A stretch of 64,000 bases of DNA, taken from Vairimorpha necatrix. Taxonomy: Eukaryota. Made by a program: the position numbers and the translations under genes. A model generated the notes under the pieces. The model saw only the letters and a list, made by a program, of their open reading frames with translations, was not told where the DNA came from and did not search any database. The stretch covers positions 496,001 to 560,000 of the forward strand of contig CP142734.1 in NCBI GenBank assembly GCA_036630325.1, given 5' to 3'. How positions within the stretch are numbered: position 1 is the first letter of the stretch; every line of letters begins with the position of its first letter. Positions 50,501 through 58,530 of this stretch are shown here, piece by piece.

Positions 50501-51653
50501 TCTATAGTTCCTGTTGACTCATGTTTTGTGTTGATTATGAGTGGGATATCGAGTTGTTCGACAATGTTAGGATTTTCTAAAATAACATAGTTTAAAGAGT
50601 TTTTATTTTCCCTGGGCTCTGAAGTCTTTCTCGTTGTATTTTTTAAATTTTGATTGGTATCGGGAACTACTGTCTTTTTGTAGTTGTTGAATTTTTCGTG
50701 TTTTACTTTGCTCATATTCGATCGATTTGTTTCATTGCTTTGCCCGCAGTCTCTCGTTGTATGTCCCAAAGTTTTGTGGACTTTACACCATTTTTTCATG
50801 AATCTTATACCTGAGGTGTTATTTAGCTTTCTCGGTATGTTAAATCTTGTTATTATGTTTTCTTCAATTCTTTTTAGGGCTGGTATGATTTCGGGTAGTG
50901 TTTCGAAGTTTTGTTCCTCGAGATATCTTACTGTTTCTAAGCCTAGTCCTCTGTATAGAGATTCCTTTGATCTTCGTTCATATTCTTTCATGCTACAGTT
51001 GGATACTTTACTGTAGATAGTTAATCGATTCATGATTTCGTTTACATAGTCGTCGAAGAAGATGTGGTCAGTCTGTTTGAGATTACTCAGTTCTGCTATT
51101 AAGTTCTCGACCCTTTTCTGTGAAAATACTTTGGACATGATGTATTTTTTGTTCTCTTCATAATCATCTTTCAATTTGGTTTTATCTATAATCTGATCTT
51201 CTATAAGATCGTATAAAAAGAGCCTTTTAGTTTCTTCATTCCATTGGTTCCTTTGGAAAATTTCTTCGATCTTTTTGAACCATCCTAGTAGATCGATTTC
51301 GAATATGTCGTTGATCAGTTCTACATTCTTAGTGATTCCTAGATCCACTTCACCTGTCTTAATTCTTATGGTGACTACTTTTGTTTCTTGAATTTTGGAG
51401 TTGTGCCCTGCGATTTCTCTTCCTCGCGTGGGTGGGAGTTCATTATATTTGTACTCTTTTATTGAATTCAATATGTCGTACCTCCTGCGGAAGTACAACT
51501 CCAATAAAGATAAGTTTTGAGTAAATAGTTTATTTCTCTTATCTTCCATACCCCTAAGTATGGAATTTTCTTTTATAGTTTTTTTTGTTTGTTTACAGGG
51601 TAAACAAATCAAGAAATGTCAAAAATGATATGTTTGACATGTGGGATACCACA
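47558..51653 (-). mobile_element. Intact Ty3/gypsy LTR retrotransposon with identical 180-bp LTRs
   Basis: LTRs 47558-47737 and 51474-51653 appear identical. TSD GGTAC, PPT GAAGAGGGTAGGA. Confidence 0.97.
47740..51549 (-). CDS. Gag-Pol polyprotein (gag, protease, RT, RNase H, integrase), single ORF
   Basis: CKVHKTLGHTTRDC knuckle, IDCGA protease, YIDD, CDASELGMGAVL, HHCC, DNGTQF, ERQNS and YKGPC. The first ATG (51549) lies inside the 5' LTR. Confidence 0.95.
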   Translation of the reverse strand: MEDKRNKLFTQNLSLLELYFRRRYDILNSIKEYKYNELPPTRGREIAGHNSKIQETKVVTIRIKTGEVDLGITKNVELINDIFEIDLLGWFKKIEEIFQRNQWNEETKRLFLYDLIEDQIIDKTKLKDDYEENKKYIMSKVFSQKRVENLIAELSNLKQTDHIFFDDYVNEIMNRLTIYSKVSNCSMKEYERRSKESLYRGLGLETVRYLEEQNFETLPEIIPALKRIEENIITRFNIPRKLNNTSGIRFMKKWCKVHKTLGHTTRDCGQSNETNRSNMSKVKHEKFNNYKKTVVPDTNQNLKNTTRKTSEPRENKNSLNYVILENPNIVEQLDIPLIINTKHESTGTIDCGAGLNFLKADLVEQWNITTRENKEIQVMFGNKSSEKTNTTIELDLKLKDQNETCKIEFYLLKNLPVNIILGRDFISRNDIILDFTRKKIIWNNATVNMKTNAEETEFEKPPGKILITKEEERLREIIDNYKREIKENCPINTDHVKLQVSNNDIKCKKINYAVPSNFKEDAIAEIQRLITADIIEECNERYTSPAFFKKKKNGKMRLIVDYREINNFVEDEVEIIPKMDDIIYQLGKSEVISKLDLTNGFNQLLLAKDSRKWTAFSIFGKTFRYKRLPFGLKNGPKAFQKIMNKILFGINNISVYIDDIIIATKDYESHLNTLKELFTRLKHYNVNVNFAKSEFCTKDTEILGTRIFNGKMYPLTKDCKLTENMKCHTKKDLQKIIGIFNWYRKYIPNLSLEILSLTEKLKGNEKKVKLTKEDNLIINKLVSTLKNNSHLVLPDYSKKFTLHCDASELGMGAVLSQEHGIILNISMKFNKTERNYTIVEKEYFAIVYAMDKCRNIVLGNYVEIYTDNRNCLFKSKISRRIERWDAMMIEHNYCIKQIAGENNSVADYLSRCFKIENVRHGNNLTNIIEQYVEKISDDKSGKENWERNKDDKIMIKNTEAENFLTKIHELAGHPGIVVLNKNLSPFYNIIGLKNKIIAITKNCRMCNLNKKEKVKTQKLQIESDKIYGTIAMDIFGPFELENFEHDTIHYKAYYLCITDVYSRISRVYLLYNITEDTIIKCIDKWIQEFQQPEKIIMDNGTQFTGEKLREKYEKSRGIKLVNTPIYHPQSNGMAERQNSIIAECLRINKLNNINDITNKINIKLNVNYKRTIGCSPFELEKQYSFFDPFRRQSNLKEPKYKSVPATLNQNNDKKLKINDKVFVRDFKAGKMDEQYKGPCTIKEVGKKGNWVKVEEGGNWIHIKDIKRRG

Positions 51654-52329
51654 GGTACCTTTAATATTTTTTTCAAGAAGAAATAAAAATTATTCCTCTT
51701 TTTTATATATTAATTTTCTAAAATTTTTTATGTTCATTTTAGGGGCGTAATTTTATTCCTTTTTTATTTTTCCCTTTTTTTATTTTTCCCCCTTTTTTTT
51801 ATTTTTTTAGGGGGGGGGGGGGGGTAACATCGCAATTTAACCTTAAAAGGTTAAATTGCGATGTTACTGGTCAAGAATGAAGGAACAGATAACTAAAACT
51901 TTAAAAATTCTGGAGTATTTAATATTAATAACAGAAAAACGACCCTTAGATGCAATTTTGTAACAACATTTAGAAATCGGCGAAAGTAGCTTTAGACATA
52001 ATGAATATTGGAGAAAAGAAAGATACGTACTATTAGGGATTGACTACTTTACGAGAAGAGTATGGAACGCAAAGATAGAAAATAAGAGAAGTGATGGTAT
52101 TATAAAAATTTTAGAAAATGTATAAATGAAGAAGGATTCCTTGATGATTTTTTATGGATAACTGTAAGGTATTTTTTTGTGAGAAATTTGTAATTTGGTG
52201 TAACGAAAACGGAATTATGCAACGGAAAGTAGGTCTAGAAGCTCATAGAGGCAATGGAAGAATAGAACGATGTATTAGAACAATAAGGGAATCCATGATC
52301 AAACAAAAAGAAGGGGAATCATAGGAAAA

Positions 52330-52402
52330 GGTGCCCTTGGCCCAGCGGTTGAAGGCAATACTTTCATTGAGCAGTGGCTAAGTTCGATTCCCAGGGGCAC
52401 CA
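52330..52402 (+). ncRNA. tRNA-derived head with Pol III A and B boxes (not a convincing functional tRNA)
   Basis: Acceptor-like GGTGCCC...GGGCACCA, A box TGGCCCAGCGG and B box GTTCGATTCC. Anticodon and T stems pair poorly. Confidence 0.7.
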
Positions 52403-53096
52403 AAATTGTTTCTACTTTCTATGATGTAGTTGGAACAACTCAGATGATGAAAATGTCCACGATAATCATTAGGTTGATTCAATGAAACTTGTGTGTATCC
52501 AGCCACAAGGGGATTAGCACCTAGTGTAGAAACGCACCTCGAAGCCAAAAAGCAGTATCACCCTTTGGTGACTTAATGATACATAAAAGTATCTAATGGG
52601 TACGGCCTAGTTGGTGCCCATGGCTGGTGCACTCTAGAGTAGGATCCTAGAGCTAACTAAGAGACTAGACGAAGTAGGGCAATAGAAGGTCTCGTGGACC
52701 CTATCCTACAAGATTCTGTAACACGGTGGCCGAAACTAGTGGGAGACTAGTGGTCAACGCAGCCCTATAAAAATGCCGGGCTGGTGATGTGATCGTGTAA
52801 GGAGCCGTGTGTGCAATACAGATGATTGTAGAGACCTTTGAGTCAGTAAGATGATGTCTCTCCTCGGGTTATAGATAACCATGCTCGTTAAGTATATTCG
52901 CTTTGAGGTAGAAATGGAAAGTGTTCTCCTGGAGCCAAAGTCCAATGAATACGGCGGAGCTTGCTGCACCGGCAAGTTGTATGGAAGGAGTTTTAGCGAG
53001 TAAGAATCTCACAGTACCAGTTGGATGGGGATCACACCCAAATTCCTCTGGTTCCTATGTAAGGTTTCTCCCCACCTCTTATAAGCAAGGGGAAAA
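52330..53096 (+). mobile_element. tRNA-headed SINE-like element, apparently full length (~770 bp)
   Basis: tRNA-like 5' head, GC-richer noncoding body and short A end. 13-bp TSD AATCATAGGAAAA at 52317-52329 and 53097-53109. Second copy at 42.8 kb. Confidence 0.85.
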
Positions 53097-54144
53097 AATC
53101 ATAGGAAAACTAAAACAAGTTGTAAAAACTTTTAATAACACCTACACACAATTATAAAATATACACCAATGTAAGGACCAAGGAAAAGAAGTTTTTATGG
53201 AAAACGATGAAAAGAGGGTGTATGAAAGTAAGTTTAACAAAGGCATAGAGAAAATTTTTGAGTATATCGGGTTGTAAGAATCGTAAGAAGTCAAAACTTG
53301 GTTAAGAAGATGAAAGGATTTTAACAAGTTTTGATAAAATAATTTGAAATATGAGAGAGATTCTTATTTTGTAAGGACTGATAGCGGGTTGTACATTAAG
53401 AAACGATATTATGACTCAAAAAAGATATAAAATGGAAAAATAGAAGCTTATAGCGTGAGACTACCTGTTTGAAGGGGAGTGAAGGCTGAACCCTCATTAA
53501 ATACATGTATAACATATAATCGTGAAAGACGAAGATGACAACCTTATACATCCAATTCTTTGTTATTAATAGCAGTAAAGTCATTTTATCGTATATTTTA
53601 ATAATCAAAACCTCACTAAGTATTGTACATGTTTATCTCAATATTATTTATATGTACTAACTTCACTTGCATAGATTTATATAGATTTTTTATCTATTAC
53701 AATATACTATAAATATTTATAATATGCTACCAAAATAACTATATAAAGCGGTACTTATTTATTTATTCCAGTTTTATTTTTGCAATTTGTGCATGGAACA
53801 CCGAAACATCGTAATTAATCATGTTTCCAATGAATGTGTTACCACAAACAAATACATTTTCCAAAAAAAACTTTTTTATATACGTATATATCAATAGCGT
53901 CTTCCGTGTCTCATTTCTCTTTTCGGATCTTGGAGCCACTTATTTTACATTTTGATTATTTAGCATATTCATTAATATTTCATGATTTCTCTTACATTTT
54001 GTCTTAAAAACATCTTCAAAAAATGATAGAATTTTTTAATTTATCCACAATCTAAATTTTGTATAAAAATTTGAATTAAGACTTTCCTAATGCTTGTGAG
54101 AACTTAAATAGCAATTATGGCTTCTATAACGTAGATAATTTTCT

Positions 54145-54270
54145 ACAAAATTATCTTACAAAACTATCTTACAAATTATCTTACAAAACTATCTTACAAA
54201 ACTATCTTACGTAACTATCTTACAAAACTATCTTACGTAACTATCTTACTAAACTATCTTAAATTTCTTA
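54145..54270. repeat. 13-bp minisatellite
   Basis: About 9 copies of ACAAAACTATCTT. Confidence 0.9.
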
Positions 54271-54329
54271 ACATCAAATTATAATATTAAATTTTATAGC
54301 ATATGTTAACCATTTATTTATTAAGGGTT

Positions 54330-55397
54330 CTAAACCCTACATCCCCCCTCCAGACGGGTAGTCTCTCCATCTTCTAAACAACTCTTCCTTATCTCTTTCA
54401 AATCATAATGCCTCTTTTTAACAATTTTACCATCCAGTAGTCTCACAATATATGAATCATTTTCACTTATAGCTACGATCCTTCCGCGACCCGTGAATCT
54501 TCCCTTGTCTGTTTTCGCACGTGTACCTAAATTTTCTCTCCTAGCGATTCTTACCTCTTGGCCTACTGTAAATGTCTCTCTGTGTCTTCTCTTGAACCGA
54601 CCAGCATATTTTCCATTTTCATCATTTTCAATTATAACTTCAGCAGTTTGATCTCTCCACGCTTCCATCGGCGTACATTTTATTGCTGTATGTAGTGTAT
54701 TATTATATCCTTTGATTGCTCTTTCTATCTTTTCAGAAATATTCCCATCATTTTGCTTTATCAATGTCTCTCTTATAGTTCTGATGCATCTCTCGATTCT
54801 ACCATTACTCCTATGAGCTTCTAAGCCCATTTTCCTATGTTTAATATCATTAATACTACACCATTCTTTAAATCTATTACTTACAAACTCTTTTCCGTTG
54901 TCTGTCACATATTCCTCTGGAAATCCATCTTCCCTTATCCACTTTTGTAATACCTCTATAACTTCACTACTCTCTTTACATCTCAAATTCGAACCCCACA
55001 ACCTTCTAGTAAAGTAATCAATACCCAGTAACACATACCTATTCTCTCCACCTATGTCCATTAAATCCAACGCCACTTTCTCCAATTTCTTTCTAGTTAC
55101 TACGAAATCACATCCTCCTGTGTTTTTCCTATTGTTAATCCCACATATTTCACAATTCTTAATTACCTTATTAATATGATCTTTCATACCAGGCCAATAC
55201 CATCTTTGTTTAATGTTATAATAAGTGCCTTTGACACCTCTATGGTTTAACTCCTCATGTACTCTTGTTATTTCATGTTCTCTACTATCTAGGCTCAATA
55301 TCTCTTTCACCTCACCTGTTGAAAATTCCCAATACTGTTTACCGTCCTTTTCTTTAATATGTTTCTGCTTTTTTCCCAAAATTTGTTTTTCGATCAC
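54330..55397 (-). CDS. Integrase portion of the polyprotein
   Basis: HEELNH..CEIC, LDLMD, TDNGKEF and SNGRIER motifs. The stop lies inside the 3' LTR. Confidence 0.9.
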   Translation of the reverse strand: MIEKQILGKKQKHIKEKDGKQYWEFSTGEVKEILSLDSREHEITRVHEELNHRGVKGTYYNIKQRWYWPGMKDHINKVIKNCEICGINNRKNTGGCDFVVTRKKLEKVALDLMDIGGENRYVLLGIDYFTRRLWGSNLRCKESSEVIEVLQKWIREDGFPEEYVTDNGKEFVSNRFKEWCSINDIKHRKMGLEAHRSNGRIERCIRTIRETLIKQNDGNISEKIERAIKGYNNTLHTAIKCTPMEAWRDQTAEVIIENDENGKYAGRFKRRHRETFTVGQEVRIARRENLGTRAKTDKGRFTGRGRIVAISENDSYIVRLLDGKIVKKRHYDLKEIRKSCLEDGETTRLEGGCRV

Positions 55398-55441
55398 TTC
55401 TTTTCTCTTGTTGTCCTTTTCTTTTTGTTCATCCGAAACTT

Positions 55442-57202
55442 CTACCTATCATACTGCCTACTTAACGCATCTGCATCTGTCATCAACTCCCCTTTCACAT
55501 ACTCTATTGTAAAGTCAAACTCTTGTATCTGTTCTACCCATATGTTTATTCTGTTATTATTGAAGTATGGCTTATTTCTGATCTCTACTAATGCTTTATG
55601 ATCCGTCATCAAATGAAATTTCCTTCCTCTCAAATCACTTTCAAACTTCTTTATTCCAAAAAACACCGCCAACATCTCCTTCTCACTTATCGTATATCTT
55701 CGCTCGGTAGGAGTCAACATTTTCGATGCCCATTGTATCGGAATCCACTCACCCTCTTTATTTTCTTGTAATAGAATTGCTCCGATCCCCGTATCACACG
55801 CATCAGTTCTTACTCTAAATAGCTTTTTTCCGTCCGGAATCTTCAACTTTTTCATATCTCTCAAGCCTTGCTTCATATCCTCAAAAGCTCTTTCCATATC
55901 CTCCGTCCAATTCCACTTAACATCTTTCTTTAAAGCCTCAGTAAGCCTTACTGTTCTATACGCATAGTTGGGAATAAAGTCTCTAAACCAACCAGTTAGT
56001 CCTAAAAATCTTCTTAACTCTCTAACATTCTCAGGTTTTCTATATTCCAATGTCTCCTGCTTTTTAATCTCATTCGGTCCCATGACCTCCCCATTAATTG
56101 TTACTCCCAGCAACATCACCTCATCTTTTTTGTATTGTATCTTTGTTTGGTTTATTCTCAACCCACACTCTTTAAACTTCTTAATTACCCTCTCTAGTAA
56201 CTCGTCATGCACTCTTACGTCTTTACCATGAATAACTATATCATCCATATATACTTCCACGCCTTTACCTCTGAATTCATCTAAAACTCTGTTCATTACT
56301 CTCTGCATTATATGAGGCGAATTCTTAAACCCCATAACCATACTATTCCATTCGTATACTCGACCATTCACTTCAAATGCTGTTTTGTGCTTATGGTTCT
56401 CCTCAATCTCAATATGATAAAACCCTTCTTTTAAGTCGATAACCGTAAATACTTTTGACCCCTGTGTGGCTCTCAAAATATCCTTAATTAACGGTAGTGA
56501 GTACGGGTCCTTGTCAACCAAATCGTTTAACGCCATCAAATTGCTTACCAATCTTACGTCCCCATTTGGTTTTTCAAGTGCTCTTATTGGACTCCTCCAC
56601 TCACTTTTGGAACGTCTTATAACCCCTCTATTTTCCAACTTATTCAAGTACTCCTCAAATTTCACCCTAAGGTAGTATGGCACATTCTGCCCTCTTTTCA
56701 CAACCTTTTCACCTTGCTTAGTATTTATTGGACACTTCTCTCCTGTGAGATATTTTATCTTTTCTTCTGATTCTTTAAAAACTTCCGGATACTTTTCAAT
56801 TAAATTTTCTAACTTATTTACTGTTTTACATCTTTTCCCTTCATTGTTGATAATTGGTTCTTTCTGTAAAACTTGTTCCTTTTTAATTTTATATTTTTCC
56901 CTGCCAGCTACACTTTCATGACATTCTCTAGCGTAATGCCCTTCTTTCTTACATATAAAACATTTTGTAGTTTCTCTGATTTCTCTTCTTTTCCTATACA
57001 TCCTAAGATTTTCTTTTCTTTCTTCCCTAAACTCTTTCAACACTTTATCCATAATCTCTTTAATCATTTCTTGTCTTTCTTCTGACTCTCTCTCAAATTC
57101 TGCTCCTTTTTGTAAGCCTTTATAAATTTCCTCCCAACTGCTCCTTCCGTCACAAAAATTTTCAAAAATATAATCCTGCAAGTTCGCAGATGCCAAATCC
57201 AT
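55442..57202 (-). CDS. gag(NC)-RT-RNase H portion of the polyprotein, bounded by apparent 1-nt frameshifts
   Basis: CFICKKEGHYAREC, IDLKEGF, YMDD, TDACDTGIGAIL and DADALSR motifs. Confidence 0.9.
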   Translation of the reverse strand: MDLASANLQDYIFENFCDGRSSWEEIYKGLQKGAEFERESEERQEMIKEIMDKVLKEFREERKENLRMYRKRREIRETTKCFICKKEGHYARECHESVAGREKYKIKKEQVLQKEPIINNEGKRCKTVNKLENLIEKYPEVFKESEEKIKYLTGEKCPINTKQGEKVVKRGQNVPYYLRVKFEEYLNKLENRGVIRRSKSEWRSPIRALEKPNGDVRLVSNLMALNDLVDKDPYSLPLIKDILRATQGSKVFTVIDLKEGFYHIEIEENHKHKTAFEVNGRVYEWNSMVMGFKNSPHIMQRVMNRVLDEFRGKGVEVYMDDIVIHGKDVRVHDELLERVIKKFKECGLRINQTKIQYKKDEVMLLGVTINGEVMGPNEIKKQETLEYRKPENVRELRRFLGLTGWFRDFIPNYAYRTVRLTEALKKDVKWNWTEDMERAFEDMKQGLRDMKKLKIPDGKKLFRVRTDACDTGIGAILLQENKEGEWIPIQWASKMLTPTERRYTISEKEMLAVFFGIKKFESDLRGRKFHLMTDHKALVEIRNKPYFNNNRINIWVEQIQEFDFTIEYVKGELMTDADALSRQYDR

Positions 57203-58530
57203 AACATCTTCAACTCAACTTTCTCAACTTTCAATATTAACTTTAGTCTCTTATCTATCCTAATTGCCTCTTTCTCTAATGTTCTAGCCTCTTGACTACG
57301 GGACTCTCTTGTTTCCCTGTTCATCCTTGAGTTCGCCATGTTAACCATTTATTTATTAAGGGTTCTAAACCCTACAGTATATAACAATTGTTTTGTATGT
57401 TTGTGGATATTTTGCGATTGTTTGATAATATTAGAAATATGATGGAAAATCTGAATTTTCCATCCTTTTAAACCGAATAAAAGATTGGATCGTTACTAGT
57501 TCATATAAATTCAAACGAGCTTAAATTATAAAGTCCAAGACAATTTTCAATGGATATATTTTGAACATATTAACGAGAGTCAATTAAATCGACTAGTCTA
57601 GCCCAAGTAATTGAATTCATAGAAAAACTGGTCTAAGTTGGAAGGAAAATTTCGGGATAATACAAATTTTAGGCTATTGGCTGGTTTTAGCAAAATTTAA
57701 GTATATATACAATTGTAAGCTTTATCAAAATTAACAGGTTCAAAGATGAGTATTTGAAAAAGTTGACCTTAAAACCAGGTTTTTAACAAAATTAATTTGC
57801 TAGAGTTAATAAAAAGACTTTACGGATCTGTATTACGCTGAAGAATTAGAGTTTATGTGATAACAGAAGTTATGATCTTCGATTATGAATTTTATAATGT
57901 CAAACTCATATAGCACTATTATAAATATAAATGAGCCAATGTTTAATGTTTGTCTGTTATATAATGTTATGATGCTGAGAAATATAAATTGTATTAATGC
58001 CAATATGGTTGTGGCAAAAATGAAAATTTACCATGTTCCAAATTTCTTACGCTACGACATTGTCTCTTGTGAAAAGAAAGGAAGTATAGTTTAATTGATT
58101 CCCATCTTGTTTAAGATAAAATAAATTTTTAAACCGCTTTTGGTTCCTCAATGCTTTCTTTCTGTTCAAAACTAAAAATATGACATCAATAATTAATTTA
58201 CGAAATTTTCTATTCGAAAATAAGAGCTTCAGTAATTGCTATAAAATATTATTTAAAGGTTCTTAATGCGGTTAATGAAACAAATTTACAGATATGATTG
58301 TATATTTTTTTTTTTGAAAGAAAAAAATATTCTAAAATCATTTAATATTAAATAAATCGAAATTTGGCCGATTATTGATATTTGTTTGTTTATCGAAAAA
58401 AAACAGAATCAATAATTTAATGTATGTTATAGAAAGATGATACATTATGAATCGAAAAAAATTGCTTTGTTTTTATTGCGTCATAGTATCTTTATTTCTT
58501 AAAATATATTATAATTTTACCGTTCAACCC

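Larger units (their letters stand above)
46603..51842 (-). mobile_element. Merlin (IS1595/ISXO2-like) DNA transposon, interrupted by a gypsy element
   Basis: TIR GGTTAAATTGCGATGTTACCCC and GGGGTAACATCGCAATTTAACC, with poly-C/G and A-rich subterminal tracts. Transposase split into 51737-51654 and 47557-46689. Confidence 0.9.
44402..53514 (+). mobile_element. Old Ty3/gypsy element with ~38-bp LTRs, host of nested insertions
   Basis: 5' LTR 44402-44439, 3' LTR about 53478-53514 after PPT GAAGGGG, TSD TATAA. Decayed zinc knuckle, YMDD RT, RNase H and integrase, colinear with the 54304 element. Confidence 0.85.
54304..57376 (-). mobile_element. Ty3/gypsy element with identical 38-bp LTRs, 3073 bp
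   Basis: LTRs 54304-54341 and 57339-57376. TSD GCATA/GTATA, PBS-like TGGCGAACTC, PPT GGAGGGGGGA. Confidence 0.95.

Noticed and set aside
47669-51016. Many short plus-strand ORFs
   Set aside because: Antisense shadows of the gag-pol ORF
52330-52402. Functional tRNA gene
   Set aside because: Anticodon and T stems do not pair well, and it lies at the start of a TSD-bounded insert.
52754-53157. ORFs 52754-52975 and 52921-53157
   Set aside because: No recognisable motifs. One runs across the SINE boundary. Expected by chance in GC-richer DNA.
55397-55445. Programmed readthrough or frameshift between RNase H and integrase
   Set aside because: A 1-nt loss explains it, no slippery site is evident, and the relative at about 46370 reads through this point.
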